Below, in pieces: positions 10,324 to 23,100 of a stretch of DNA of 64,000 nt. The stretch is from an uncultured delta proteobacterium (GTDB taxonomy: Bacteria > Desulfobacterota > Binatia > Binatales > Binataceae). The DNA lies in assembly GCA_963810495.1 (NCBI GenBank), contig CAWENP010000001.1:153924-217923 (forward strand), given 5' to 3'. A program made the position numbers and the translations under genes. The notes beneath the pieces were generated by a model. It was not told the DNA's origin, searched no databases, and was given only the letters and a program-made list of their open reading frames with translations. Numbering within the stretch: position 1 is the stretch's first letter; the number at the start of each line of letters is the position of its first letter.

Positions 10324-11265
10324 TCAGAGCACCTCGTGCGCTTCGAGCCAGCGCTCCGCGTCGATCGCCGCCATGCATCCAGTGCCCGCCGCGGTCACCG
10401 CCTGGCGATAGACCTTGTCGGCGACGTCGCCGGCCGCGAACACGCCATCCACGTTGGTATAGGTCGATCCGTTGCGGACTTTCAGGTAGCCGACTTCGTC
10501 CATTTCGAGCTGGCCCGCGAAGAGACGGGTGTTGGGCTGATGGCCGATCGCGACGAATACGGCGTCGGTTCGGAAGTCGCTCGCCGCGCCGGTCTTGAGG
10601 TCTTTGAGCCGCACGCCGCTGACTCCGGCTTTCTGCTCGCCGAAAATTTCCTCGATCACAGCGTTCCAGATGAAAGCGATCTTGGGATTGGCGGCGGCGC
10701 GGTCCTGCATGATCTTGGACGCGCGAAGGGAGCTGCGCCGATGCACGATCGTCACCTTGGTACAAAAGCGCGTGAGAAACGTCGCCTCTTCCATCGCGGT
10801 GTCGCCGCCGCCCACCACCACCGCCTCCTTGTTCTTGAAAAACGCGCCGTCGCAGGTCGCGCACGCGCTCACCCCGTAGCCCATCAGCCGCTTTTCCGAT
10901 TCGATCCCGAGCAGCTTGGCCGACGCGCCGGTCGCGACGATGAGCGCGTCGGCGCCGATCGTCTTTGTGCCCGCGGTCAGCTCGAACGGCCGCTTGCGCA
11001 GATTGACCGCACTTACTTCGCCAACCGTGAATTGCGTGCCGAAACGCTCGGCCTGGCGCCGGAACACGTCCATCATCTCGGGACCCTGGATGCCGTGCTC
11101 AAAGCCGGGGTAGTTCTCGACCTCGGTGGTAATGGTGAGCTGGCCGCCGGGCTGATGGCCCTCGATCAGCAGCGGGGCCAGATTGGCGCGCGCCGCGTAG
11201 AGCGCGGCAGTGAGGCCCGCGGGACCGGAACCGAGAATCACGAGGCGATAGGTTTCGTCTGCCAT
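10324..11265 (-). CDS. trxB: Thioredoxin-disulfide reductase
   Basis: RLVILGSGPAGLTAALYAARA, redox-active CATCDG, and GGGDTAMEEA NADPH site. Confidence 0.9.
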   Translation of the reverse strand: MADETYRLVILGSGPAGLTAALYAARANLAPLLIEGHQPGGQLTITTEVENYPGFEHGIQGPEMMDVFRRQAERFGTQFTVGEVSAVNLRKRPFELTAGTKTIGADALIVATGASAKLLGIESEKRLMGYGVSACATCDGAFFKNKEAVVVGGGDTAMEEATFLTRFCTKVTIVHRRSSLRASKIMQDRAAANPKIAFIWNAVIEEIFGEQKAGVSGVRLKDLKTGAASDFRTDAVFVAIGHQPNTRLFAGQLEMDEVGYLKVRNGSTYTNVDGVFAAGDVADKVYRQAVTAAGTGCMAAIDAERWLEAHEVL

Positions 11266-11268
11266 CTA

Positions 11269-11294
11269 TTTTGTTATCGACTTTTGTTATCGAC
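11269..11294. repeat. Perfect tandem direct repeat TTTTGTTATCGAC x2 abutting the trxB start codon.
   Basis: The sequence reads catctaTTTTGTTATCGACTTTTGTTATCGACtgcc. It lies in the divergent trxB/moaC intergenic region, which also contains cgtatcgtg x2. Confidence 0.5.
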
Positions 11295-11432
11295 TGCCTT
11301 TGCGCGAAGTCGCACGCCCATCGGGCCGCGCGCGGTTCGTCGTTGTTCGTATCGTGCGTATCGTGCCGTATATTGTAGCGCTTTATTGTATCGGCGCATC
11401 GCGCCAACATAAGCTCTTAGCCGCCGCCCCCG

Positions 11433-12032
11433 ATGCCACGCAAGAAGCCGATCGCCAAACTCTCCGGCAAACTTCCCGGCCCCGCCACGCGCGGCACGCT
11501 CACGCATCTCGACCGCCGCGGGCGCGTGCGGATGGTCGACGTCGGCGAAAAACCGGTGACGCGGCGCGAGGCGCTGGCGCGCGGCGCGGTCAAAATGGAA
11601 CCGGCGACGCTCGACGCGATCATCGGCGGGCGGCTCAAGAAGGGCGAGGCGCTGGCGGCGGCGCGCCTGGCCGGAATCATGGCGGCCAAGCGCACTCACG
11701 AGTTGATCCCGCTCTGCCATCAGATTCCGCTGGAGGTCGTCGAGATCGAATTCCGCCCCGACCCGGCTCGCGCGACGCTCCACATTCAGGCTCGTGCGGC
11801 AACCGCGGCGCGCACCGGCGTCGAGATGGAAGCGCTGGTGGCGTTAAGCGCCGCGGCGCTCACGATCTATGACATGGCCAAGGCGATCGATCGCGCGATG
11901 ACGATCGACGCGATCCGGCTGGTCGGTAAATCGGGCGGGCGCAGCGGCACCTTCAAGCGCGCGGGCGAGCCGCGATGGCCGTCTTCCCGCGATGGCCGTC
12001 TTCCGCGGACAGTTGAAAACTTGAACCGTTAG
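11433..12032 (+). CDS. moaC: Cyclic pyranopterin monophosphate synthase MoaC, with a short C-terminal extension.
   Basis: [33 protein letters not shown], and IPLCHQIPL, are MoaC signatures. Confidence 0.8.
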   Translation: MPRKKPIAKLSGKLPGPATRGTLTHLDRRGRVRMVDVGEKPVTRREALARGAVKMEPATLDAIIGGRLKKGEALAAARLAGIMAAKRTHELIPLCHQIPLEVVEIEFRPDPARATLHIQARAATAARTGVEMEALVALSAAALTIYDMAKAIDRAMTIDAIRLVGKSGGRSGTFKRAGEPRWPSSRDGRLPRTVENLNR

Positions 12033-12044
12033 AAAGTTGAAAAA

Positions 12045-13298
12045 TTGAAAAACGCTCGACCGAACGGCGCGTCGACAGCGCCGGGGCGGGTCTTCCTCAA
12101 AAAGGGCCGCGAGGGTCCGGTTCGCGGCGGCAATCCCTGGGTCTTCTCGCAGGCGATCGATCGCGTCGAGCCGGTTGCAATCGAGCCCGGCGCGCGCGTG
12201 TGGGTGTTCGACGCGGCCGGCGCGACGATTGGCCATGGCTATTACAATCCGGCCACTACAATCGCGGTGCGGATGCTCGCGCTGGGCGGCGAGCCCGGCC
12301 CCGCCGATATCGTCCGCTGGCGTATCGAGCACGCGCTCAAGCTGCGCGAGCGCGTAGTAGGTCAAGACACGGATTGCTACCGGATACTCAACGGCGACGG
12401 TGACGGCCTCTCCGGCGTGGTCGTGGATCGCTATGGCGACGTTGCCGTGATGCAACTGCTGACCGGGGGCGCCGAGCGGATGCGCGCGGAGATCGTCGAG
12501 CATCTGAATCAGATGATTTCGCCGCGCGCGACTTTCGAGCGTAGCCAGGGCGCCGTGCGCCGGCAGGAAGGGCTCGAGGATCGCGTGGGCGTGATTGCGA
12601 GCGCGCCCGCCGGCGAAGTCATAGTGAGTGATGTGGTGGGCGAGAACGGCCTGCGCGAGCACGGCGTGCGCGAGAACGGGCTACTAATGATCGTCGACCT
12701 GGAGCGCGGCCAGAAAACCGGCGCGTTCCTCGACCAGCGCGAAAATCGCGCGCGCTTCGGCGCGTTGGCGGCCGGCGCGCGCGTGCTCGATCTGTGTTGT
12801 TACAGCGGCGGCTTCGCGCTGAACGCGCTCAGGGGTGGCGCGAAGGAAGTCGTCGCGGTCGACACTTCCGCGCACGCGCTCGATTGCGCGCGGCGCAACC
12901 TGGAGCTTAACGGCTATCCGGCCGGCGCCGTCCGCTTCGTGCATGGCGAGGCGGGCGAATTTTTGGGCAGGCGCGACGAGCTTTTCGATCTGATCGTGCT
13001 CGATCCGCCGCCATTTGCGCGAAGCCGCGCCGACGCGCGGCGCGCCGAGCATCTCTACGTCGAACTCAACGCGCTCGCGCTCCGCGCGCTCAGCCCGGGC
13101 GGCTTCCTGATGACCTTCAGTTGCTCGTCGCATTTTTGCGGCGAGGATTTCGTCCGCGCGATCCGTATCGCTGAGGGCCGTTCGGCGCGCCGGATGCGCC
13201 TGCTCGCGCGCCTCGGCCCCGGCCCCGACCATCCGGTGCTGCTGGGCCATCCTGAGGGCGAATACCTGACCGGCGTGCTGTTGCGCGATCTGGGCTAG
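12045..13298 (+). CDS. rlmI: Class I SAM-dependent 23S rRNA (m5C) methyltransferase, RlmI/RlmK-like (PUA + MTase)
   Basis: N-terminal PUA-like GGNPWVFSQAID. MTase motifs RVLDLCCYSGGFAL, and DLIVLDPPPFARS. Confidence 0.7.
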   Translation: MKNARPNGASTAPGRVFLKKGREGPVRGGNPWVFSQAIDRVEPVAIEPGARVWVFDAAGATIGHGYYNPATTIAVRMLALGGEPGPADIVRWRIEHALKLRERVVGQDTDCYRILNGDGDGLSGVVVDRYGDVAVMQLLTGGAERMRAEIVEHLNQMISPRATFERSQGAVRRQEGLEDRVGVIASAPAGEVIVSDVVGENGLREHGVRENGLLMIVDLERGQKTGAFLDQRENRARFGALAAGARVLDLCCYSGGFALNALRGGAKEVVAVDTSAHALDCARRNLELNGYPAGAVRFVHGEAGEFLGRRDELFDLIVLDPPPFARSRADARRAEHLYVELNALALRALSPGGFLMTFSCSSHFCGEDFVRAIRIAEGRSARRMRLLARLGPGPDHPVLLGHPEGEYLTGVLLRDLG

Positions 13299-13351
13299 GA
13301 GCCGGATTACACCTCTTCTTTGGACGAGGAGAGGGAATACAATCATTAGGA

Positions 13352-13735
13352 ATGAAACTCGAGCGGCTCGATCATTTCGGAATCGAGGTCAGCGACCTCG
13401 CGCGCGCCGAGCGCTTCTACACGGAAGTCCTCGGGCTTAGCGTGGTCACGCATCTCGGCGACCAGGTGCTGCTGGATTGCGGCGGACAGAACCTCGCGCT
13501 GTTCCACGTCGCGCGTCCGCCGATTTCACCGCCGGAGCGCCAGGCGCGGATTTCACATCCGCTCGGCAAAGGCCATCATGCTTTTCGCGTGAGCGGCGCC
13601 GATTTCGCCGCCGCCAAAGAGCGCTTCACCAAGGCCGGCGTCGAGAGCGCGCGGCCGATCAATTGGGGCGACCACGATTGCCTCTACTTCCTCGATCCCG
13701 ACGGCAATCTGCTCGAGATCGTGAGCTACCGCTAG
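13352..13735 (+). CDS. VOC family protein (glyoxalase / bleomycin resistance / dioxygenase fold)
   Basis: LDHFGIEVSDLARAERFYTEVLGL, and HHAFRV...DPDGNLLEIV, typical of glyoxalase I-like proteins. Confidence 0.7.
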   Translation: MKLERLDHFGIEVSDLARAERFYTEVLGLSVVTHLGDQVLLDCGGQNLALFHVARPPISPPERQARISHPLGKGHHAFRVSGADFAAAKERFTKAGVESARPINWGDHDCLYFLDPDGNLLEIVSYR

Positions 13736-13772
13736 ATCGATCGATGGATTCGCCGCGCAACGGGCGCGATTC

Positions 13773-14078
13773 TCAGCGGCGCACGCGCAGGCCGAGCGCC
13801 ATGCTGGAGTCTGAAATCTCGCTGACCAGGTTGGCGGTCTCGCTCAACTCGGGCCGGTTGGCCAGTTCCAGCCATTGCGGCTCGGCGCTTACCGGGCCGC
13901 CCTTGAGCGAGATCGCGCGCAGATTGATCGCGATGTCCAGCAGCATCAGATCGCGCGGCAGCGGCGAGCGCATCGGCGCGTCGGCGGGGTAGTACTCCAG
14001 GTGCGCGACCAGCGCGCTCAGCTCATCCTCGCCCATCCGCGCGAGGCGCAAGACGTCGTTGAGGTTGATCTTTTCCAT
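13773..14078 (-). CDS. Hypothetical protein (101 aa)
   Basis: ORF with high GC3 codon bias, convergent with the VOC gene. No recognisable motif. Confidence 0.35.
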   Translation of the reverse strand: MEKINLNDVLRLARMGEDELSALVAHLEYYPADAPMRSPLPRDLMLLDIAINLRAISLKGGPVSAEPQWLELANRPELSETANLVSEISDSSMALGLRVRR

Positions 14079-14205
14079 CCCTCACCAGCATAGCAGCCGC
14101 CACGCCGATCCACAGCGCGACGCTTCGGGTTGCCGGTGGTCAAGCGGTGTGCAATGAAGCTCTGAGCCGCGCGAGTGCGCCGGCGCGCCGCGAAGGAGTG
14201 CGATC

Positions 14206-15273
14206 GTGAAGTTCGGCCTTTTTTACCAGCTGCCCTGTATCGCGGAGCAATCCGAGCCTGCCCGTTACCAGGAGACCATCGAGCAGATCCTGCTCGCCGA
14301 CCAGCTTGGGTTCGACGTCGCATGGCTGGCCGAGCTGCACTTCTTCAGGAACTTTTCGATCATGCCCTCGCCGCTGATGGTTGCGGTCGCGGTCGCGCAA
14401 CGCACGCGGCGCATCCGGCTTGGCACCGCGGTGACGCTGCTGCCGTTCCATCATCCACTCCGCGCCGCCGAGGAAGCCGCCACCGCCGACCTGTTGACCG
14501 GCGGGCGGTTGGAATATGGCGTCGGGCGCGGCACGATCGCGGTGCACTTCCAGGGGTTCGGGATGGCGCGCGACGAGAGTCGCGAGCGCTTCGAAGAGGC
14601 GCTGGAGATGATCGTGCGAGCGTGGACCGAAGAGCGGGTCACCTACAAGGGCCGCTTTTACCAGGTCGCCGATATAGCGGTGGAGCCGCGGCCGCTCCAG
14701 AAACCGCATCCGCCAATCCGAATCGCCGCCAACAGTCCCGAGACCGCAGAGTTCGCCGGCCGCAAGGGCTACGACGTGCTGGTCGCCTCGCCCATCAACC
14801 CGGTGCCCGGCTTCTACGAGCACATCCGCGCCTACCGCGCGGCGCTCAAGACCGGCGCACGCCCCGAGCATCTGGGCGACGTCGCAGCGCTGTTTTTCGT
14901 CTGCCCGCAGACCAGCCGCGCCGCCGCGCGCGCCGAGGCCGAGCAGAGCCTGCTGCACTACTTCCGCACGATCGGCGAGCAGGCGCTGCTTGGAGGCCGC
15001 GGACAGTACGAAGGCTCCTACGCCTATCTGGAACAGGTGCGGGCGCGGGCGGCCGCGATGACCTACGAGACCGTCGACGAGACGATGGCGGTTTACGGAT
15101 CGCCCGAGGAGTGCATCGCGCGCATCAACGACGTCTACCAGCACAGTGCGATCGATCAGCTCGTATGCTGGTTCAACGCGGGCGGCCTGATACCGCATCG
15201 CGACGTGATGGCGACGATGGAACGCTTCGCCTCGAAGGTGATGCCGGCCGTGCGCAGCCTGGGCGCGCGATAA
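14206..15273 (+). CDS. LLM-class flavin-dependent oxidoreductase (luciferase-like monooxygenase)
   Basis: GTG start. VKFGLFYQLP..., and LGFDVAWLAELHF, are the typical LLM N-terminus. Confidence 0.8.
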   Translation: MKFGLFYQLPCIAEQSEPARYQETIEQILLADQLGFDVAWLAELHFFRNFSIMPSPLMVAVAVAQRTRRIRLGTAVTLLPFHHPLRAAEEAATADLLTGGRLEYGVGRGTIAVHFQGFGMARDESRERFEEALEMIVRAWTEERVTYKGRFYQVADIAVEPRPLQKPHPPIRIAANSPETAEFAGRKGYDVLVASPINPVPGFYEHIRAYRAALKTGARPEHLGDVAALFFVCPQTSRAAARAEAEQSLLHYFRTIGEQALLGGRGQYEGSYAYLEQVRARAAAMTYETVDETMAVYGSPEECIARINDVYQHSAIDQLVCWFNAGGLIPHRDVMATMERFASKVMPAVRSLGAR

Positions 15274-15348
15274 AAGTCTCCCCGATATGCCCTCGCCGCC
15301 TTTGGGGGAGAGGGTCAGGGTGAGGGTGTGCATGGCCCCAACCGAGTA

Positions 15349-15381
15349 TTGGATGAATTAGTCACCCATGATGAATTAGTC
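15349..15381. repeat. Direct repeat GATGAATTAGTCAC x2, 5 bp apart, immediately upstream of the ParB-like gene.
   Basis: The sequence reads gGATGAATTAGTCACccatGATGAATTAGTCACttgttatgaccgatc, with the ATG at 15389. Confidence 0.5.
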
Positions 15382-15388
15382 ACTTGTT

Positions 15389-16315
15389 ATGACCGATCAT
15401 CCCGAAATAGCCACTTTTCCGCGCGGCGCGAAGCTGCCGGCGGCGATTGACGCGCTCGCCGAGGCGATCGAGTCCGACGGCGGCGCGGCCCTGGCCGCCT
15501 ACCAGGAGCCGCTCGGCGCGCACTGGCAAATCTTCGCGCTAATTCCGGCCGCGATGCTCCAGGGGACGCCGTTCCAGCGCGATCTCAGCCCGGCCCATCT
15601 CAAGCGCCTTGGCGAAGTAATGAAGAAGCTTCGCCGCTTCACCGAGCCGGTCGTCGTGGTGCGCGCGGACGGCGGCTACTGGACTCCCAACGGCAACCAT
15701 CGCCGCGCAGCCGCCACCAAGCTCGGCGCGAAAACGATCCCGGCGATCGTGATCCCGGAGCCCGAGATCGCCTACCAGATTCTCGCGCTCAACACCGAGA
15801 AGGCGCACAACCTCAAGGACAAGGCGCTGGAGGTCATCCGGATGTACCGCTCACGGCTGGAGACGGCGCCGCGCGCGATCGAGAAGGACTTCGCCTTCGA
15901 GTTCGAGCGCGCCCACTTCATCACGCTTGGCATCCTGTACGACAAGACCAAGCGTTTTTCGGGCGGCGTGTACGCGCCGCTATTGAGCCGCGTTGACGGC
16001 TTCCTGGCGAAAACGCTGCACGAAGCTGCCGAGGAGCGCGAGGAACGTGCAGCGCTGGTCGCGCGCGCCGACGAAGTGCTGACCGCGCTGGTCGCACGCG
16101 GCAAAAAGCGCGGCCTGATGCATCCCTACCTGAAGAATTACATCGCGGCGCGATGCAATCCGCTGAGCCGCGCGCGCAAGAACCTGCCGACCTGCCGCGC
16201 GGCGCTGAACAGCATGATCAAGGCGCTGGAAGAATTCGATCTAGGCAAGATCCATTTCGGGCAGATTCAAAGCGCCGCCGCGTTAGTTGCGGCCGCCACC
16301 GTCGAGCCCTCGTAG
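15389..16315 (+). CDS. ParB/sulfiredoxin-fold (ParB-like nuclease domain) protein with an uncharacterised C-terminal domain.
   Basis: VVVRADGGYWTPNGNHRRAAATKLGAKTIPAIVIPEPE resembles the ParB N-terminal/Srx GxxRxxA motif. No HTH or partition context. Confidence 0.55.
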   Translation: MTDHPEIATFPRGAKLPAAIDALAEAIESDGGAALAAYQEPLGAHWQIFALIPAAMLQGTPFQRDLSPAHLKRLGEVMKKLRRFTEPVVVVRADGGYWTPNGNHRRAAATKLGAKTIPAIVIPEPEIAYQILALNTEKAHNLKDKALEVIRMYRSRLETAPRAIEKDFAFEFERAHFITLGILYDKTKRFSGGVYAPLLSRVDGFLAKTLHEAAEEREERAALVARADEVLTALVARGKKRGLMHPYLKNYIAARCNPLSRARKNLPTCRAALNSMIKALEEFDLGKIHFGQIQSAAALVAAATVEPS

Positions 16316-16337
16316 CGCGAGAAAAGAGCGGGCCTGG

Positions 16338-16382
16338 AGAAAAAAAAAATCGGAGCCGGATACGCCATCGGCGCGTCCGGCC
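16338..16382 (-). terminator. Rho-independent terminator for the GST gene (minus strand)
   Basis: On the minus strand, the GC hairpin ggccggacgcgccgatggcgtatccggc is followed by T10 (the complement of a10 at 16340-16349). Confidence 0.55.
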
Positions 16383-16411
16383 CCGTGATCCGCAAACTGT
16401 CGCGCGCTCGC

Positions 16412-17044
16412 TTATCTCTGCTGGAGCGGCGCGACCGCCTTCTTCATTCCGGGCAGCGCCGCGAACGCGTCGTACCAGCGCGCGACCTCGGTCAACCCGG
16501 CGACCGGGTATTGCGCGATCTGCGCCAGCGCCATGAACGGTCCGACTGCGAAATCCGCGAGCGTCAGATCGTTGCCCGCGAGCCATTTGCGGCCCCTGAG
16601 CGCGCTATTGAGAATTCCGCCTACCCGGCGAAATTCCTGCTCGCCCTTGGCGACCACAGCTGGGTCTGCGTCGCCCTGCCCCAGCAATTTCTTGACCACG
16701 CGCTCGAAAGCGAGAGTTCCGCACGCGGGCGCCCAGTGCGAGGCTTCCCAGAACATCCAGCGGCCAACGTCGGCCTGGCGCCGCGGGTCAGACGGCCACA
16801 ATGCCGCCCCCGCCGGCTTCTTCGACGCGAGGTACTGCAGGATCGCATTGGACTCCCACAGCACGAACCCGTCGTCCTCGAGCACGGGCATGCGCTGGTT
16901 GGGATTGAGCGCGGTGAACTCGGGCTTCATCTGATCGCCCTTGATCAGATCGACCAACTGCGTTTCGTGCTCGATTTGGAGATGCTCGGCTAAAGCGATG
17001 ACCTTCATCGCCCTGGGCGACGGGGGAAATACGTAAAGCTTCAT
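16412..17044 (-). CDS. Glutathione S-transferase
   Basis: MKLYVFPPSPRAMKVIALAEHLQIEHE..., thioredoxin-like N-domain and ESNAILQYL motif. Confidence 0.85.
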   Translation of the reverse strand: MKLYVFPPSPRAMKVIALAEHLQIEHETQLVDLIKGDQMKPEFTALNPNQRMPVLEDDGFVLWESNAILQYLASKKPAGAALWPSDPRRQADVGRWMFWEASHWAPACGTLAFERVVKKLLGQGDADPAVVAKGEQEFRRVGGILNSALRGRKWLAGNDLTLADFAVGPFMALAQIAQYPVAGLTEVARWYDAFAALPGMKKAVAPLQQR

Positions 17045-17130
17045 CGTTGGGGTGCTCCTTCCTGCGATCGGATCTGTTGTTCAGACTCCGCGATCGTATG
17101 CGCCTTGCAGAGTTAAGTCTTGCGGATACT

Positions 17131-19062
<1,932 letters not shown>

Positions 19063-19349
19063 GAGAGACCCGGATGCGGAAGAGGAGGCTGATCAGACGG
19101 GGCGTCGTTGCGGGGCGCGATGCATACGGCGCCGGCGAACGGCCCCGCCGCGTTCCGGCAGTCCAAATGCAAGCGCGACTGCGATTTCGTCGCCGACCCC
19201 TCCACCCATTGAGTATGCCATTGAAACTTCAAACGAATCATACGGAGAGGCCGCGAAGTCCGCAAGGCGCACTGGCACGGGGCATAAACGTGTTTTGCAC
19301 CGAACCAGTCACCTTGACTTGGCTCACGGGTGCCGATACTCGTTTTCTA

Positions 19350-19994
19350 ATGTCTGCCACGGCCGACAGTCTGGCGATGCGCCCGTCGGGGATGGCCCTG
19401 CTCAACAGCAAGGTCCTGATCCTCAACCGTTCCTACCTGCCCGTCCACGTGACCTCGGTCAAGCGCGCCTTTGCGCTCCTCTACCAGGGGGTGGCGCGGG
19501 CGGTCGACGAGCAGTACCACACTTTCGACTTCGCCAGTTGGCGCGACCTCGCGATCGAGACCCATCACGAGCGCCTGGGGGTGGTGGGTGGTCTGGTCCG
19601 CGTGCCGCGAGTGCTGCTGCTGACGGCCTACGAGCGGGTGCCGCGCCGTCACGTGCGCTTTTCGCGTTTCAACATCTTCGCCCGCGACAACAATACTTGC
19701 CAGTACTGCGGGCGGCGCTTCGCGCGCACCGAGCTCAACCTCGACCACGTCATGCCGCGCTCGCGCGGGGGACTGTCTACCTGGGAGAACATCGTCTGCT
19801 CCTGCCATAACTGCAACCGGCGCAAGGGCGGCCGCACACCCGATGAGGCGCGGATGGCGCTCGTTCGCAGGCCGATGCGTCCGCACTGGACGCCGTTCAG
19901 TGCCGAGATGTTCAGCCTCAAGCGATATCGCGAGTGGATGCCGTACCTGACGGCGGTCGACAGTGCGTACTGGAACACCGAGCTGCAAGAATAA
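19350..19994 (+). CDS. HNH endonuclease family protein
   Basis: ORF 19074..19994 with the likely start at the internal Met at 19350. Shows VLILNRSYLPVHV, and the C-terminal HNH motif CQYCGRRFARTELNLDHVMPRSRGGLSTWENIVCSCHNCNRRKG. Confidence 0.7.
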   Translation: MSATADSLAMRPSGMALLNSKVLILNRSYLPVHVTSVKRAFALLYQGVARAVDEQYHTFDFASWRDLAIETHHERLGVVGGLVRVPRVLLLTAYERVPRRHVRFSRFNIFARDNNTCQYCGRRFARTELNLDHVMPRSRGGLSTWENIVCSCHNCNRRKGGRTPDEARMALVRRPMRPHWTPFSAEMFSLKRYREWMPYLTAVDSAYWNTELQE

Positions 19995-20161
19995 AAAGTA
20001 ATTTACGCCTCTAGCAGCGTCTGGACCGATCTCCGCCCAGTTCTGCGCGATATCCACAGGCAGCTTCCGCGTAGGGGATACGATACACTGTGGGCGGTTT
20101 CATGGCCCGGAGCTTTGGGCTAAGCTCGGGACGGATGTGGTGAGGTGGAGGCGATGATGGT

Positions 20162-23100
20162 ATGCGGCTCAAAAGCCTTGATTTAGTAGGCTTCAAGTCA
20201 TTCCTGGAGCCGACGAGCGTCGGCTTCGCACCCGGGATCACGGCGGTTGTCGGTCCAAACGGCTGCGGCAAATCCAACGTGGTCGACGCCATTCGCTGGG
20301 TTCTTGGCGAGCAGGCGGCGACGCGGCTGCGTGGCAAGAGCGCCGAGGATCTCATCTACGCCGGCAATGACTCCAATCCGGCGGCGGGGATGGCCGAGGT
20401 CTCGTTGCTGCTCGAGGCCGACGACAACTGCGCGCTGCCAGAACCCTACATCGGGCTGAGCGAAGTATGCGTCACGCGTCGGGTCTACCGCTCCGGCGAA
20501 TCCGAATATCTCATCAATAAAATTCCCTGCCGCCTGAAGGACATCACCGAGTTCTTCATGGCCGCGCAAATCCATAGCCGCGGCTACGCCCTGATAGAAC
20601 AGGGCCGGATCGAGGAAATCATCCAGTCCAAGCCGGCCGAGCTGCGCGGAATGATCGAGGAGGCGGCCGGACTTTCGCTCTTCAAGGGCCGACGCGAGAT
20701 GAGCGAGCGCAAGCTCGATCGCGTGCGCGAGAATCTCGCTCGCGTCGATGACGTGGTGGCCGAGATCGAACGCCAATTGGCGTTCGCCCGCCGCCAGGCC
20801 AAAAAGGCCGAGGCCTATAAGGCAATCCGTGTCGAGCTGGCCGAGCTGGAACGGCTGACCGCCGCGCGCCGGCTGCTCGAAGAGCGCGCCCGGCTCGAGC
20901 AGAGTCGCGCGCGCTCCGAGGAACTCGACGCCCATCGCGAGTCGACTCGCGAGGCGCTGGCTGAACTCCAATCGCGCACTGACGCGGCCGCCGCACGGCT
21001 CACGGCCGAGCGCGATCGCCTGACCGCGCTGGGCCGCGAGCTCGACAACTTGCGCGCGGCCGCCGCCCAGCGTGGCCATACGCGCGAATTCCTTGAGCGC
21101 CGCCTGGGCGCGGCCGACGCGGCCGCGCCCGAGCTTGCCGCGCGGCTCGAAGAGCTCGAGGCCAAGGCCACCGCCGCGCGCGCGGCGCGCGCCGAGGCCG
21201 GCGCGCGCCTTGCGCGCGAGCGCAACGAGGACGACGGCGGCGAGGCCGCGCTCGCCACGCTGCGCGAGCGCCATGACGAAGCCGCTGGCGCGCTCGGCGA
21301 GGCCGAGCGGCGCGGCGAGGACATGCGCGACGAAGTCGCCGAGCTGATGCGCGAAGCGGCCGCGATTCGCGGCCGCCTCGGCGCGCTCGGCGGCGAGCGC
21401 GCCGAGCTCGAAGAGCGCCTGCGCGCCGCCGCCGAGCGCCTGCCAGCGCTCGACGAGGCGTTGGGCGCCGCGCGCTCTGCGCTCGGCGCGGCGGACGGCG
21501 AACTCGCCGCCCGCCGCGCCGGGCTCGCGGCGCTGGAGGGCCGCGGCAAAGAGGCGGCCGAGCGCGAGCAGGAGGCCCGCACCGCGCTCGACGCTGGCGC
21601 GGCGCGCCTGGCGCTGCTGCGCGAGGGGCTTAGCGCCGCCCGCGCGCGCGCAGAGCGCGCCGCGCGGGGCGCTGGCGGCGGCGCCGCCGAGCGCCTGCGC
21701 GTGGTGCTCGAGTCGCTCAATGGCGATCGGCCGGCTAAGCCGCCTGCGATGCTGGCCGAGGTGCTGCGCGCGCCGGGCGCGATGCGTGCGGCGCTCGGCG
21801 CCGTGCTCGGCGAGGAAGCCGAAGCGGTGATCGTCGATTCGCCCCATCTGGCGCTCCGCGCGATCGAAATTCTCAAAGAGTCCCGCGCGGGCCGCTTAAG
21901 CTTCATCCCCGAGCCCGGCCCAGCCGATTCCCATCCCGCGATCGAAGCGCCCGGAATCGCCGGCCGCCTGCTCGATATGCTCGAAGTCGAGCCACGCTTT
22001 CGCCACGTCGCCGAGGCAATACTCGGCCACGTGGTCGTCGCCGACGACCTGCACTCCGCGCTCGCGGCGTCGAATCTGAATGGTCACGGCACGCTCTTCG
22101 TCACGCGCGAGGGCGACCTCGTAGCACCCGGGAAAATCATCGCCGGCGGCAGCAGCACCGCTCCTGGCGACGACGCCGAGGCGGCGGCAGCGCCCGACGC
22201 TCCGGCGCTGGAAGAGGCGGCCGCGCGCGTCGAGCAGGCTGAGTCCGAAACCGCGTCGCTGCGCGCGGCCTTCGAGGCGGCGCGCGCCGTGCTTGAGACG
22301 GCGCATCGCGAACTCAACGAGGGGCGCGACCATCTGTCGCGTGCCGAGCGCGCGATGAGCGAAGGGCGAAGTGCCCTGGAGCGCGTCGAGACCGAGGCGG
22401 CCGCCGCCCGCGGCCAGCACGAGCAGGCCCGCGTGCGCCTGGAAGAAATCGCCCGGCTCATCGCGGAGTCCAACGCGCGGCTCGAAGAACTCGCCCATAG
22501 CGAGGCGTCGGGGCGCGAGCGGCTGGCCGCGATTCGCGCCGAGATGAACGAACGCAAAACGCGCGCCGAGGAATCCGCGGCCGCGATGCTCGAAGCGGCC
22601 TCCAGGGTCGAGGCGCGGCGCGCTCGGCTTGGCGCAATCGAGCAGGAGCTGGGACATCTTCGCCGCCTGGCCGAGGAGCTCGAGGCGCAGATCGGCAAGG
22701 ACCGCGCATCACTGGCCCGGCTTGGCGAAGAGCGCGTCGAACTGGTGCGCGAACTCGATCAGTTAGCCGCACAGGCCGAGGCCTCGCGTACGCGCGAGAC
22801 GGAGCTGGACGCCGCGACCGAAGAGATGCGCGTCGCGTGCGACGCCGCGGCCACGGCGCTCCAGGCGCTTCGGGCCGAACTCGCCGAGACCCGAACCAGG
22901 GCCGAGGCGCTCGAGCGCGAAGCGATGGAGTGTGCGCTCGGATGCGAACGCGCGCGCACGCTGGCCGGAGAGCTCGGACGCAACTTCGCCGAGAAATTTC
23001 AGACCGAGTTCGCCGCGGTCGAAGACGAACTAAGCACCGCACTCGCCGAGCGCGACGCCGTCGCCGACGAGGCGCGCCTGGTCGAGCTGCGCGCCAGGGT

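Noticed and set aside
15274-15340. GC-rich palindromic segment tctccccgatatgccctcgccgcctttgggggagagggtcagggtgaggg, considered as a REP-like mobile repeat
   Set aside because: Only one copy in the window and no T-run. It cannot be distinguished from an ordinary stem-loop without genome-wide counts.
20198-21847. 549 aa minus-strand ORF and Ser/Arg/Ala-rich ORFs 20815..21906, 22084..22698
   Set aside because: They lie within smc coiled-coil coding DNA on the opposite strand or in other frames. They are low complexity and not independent genes.
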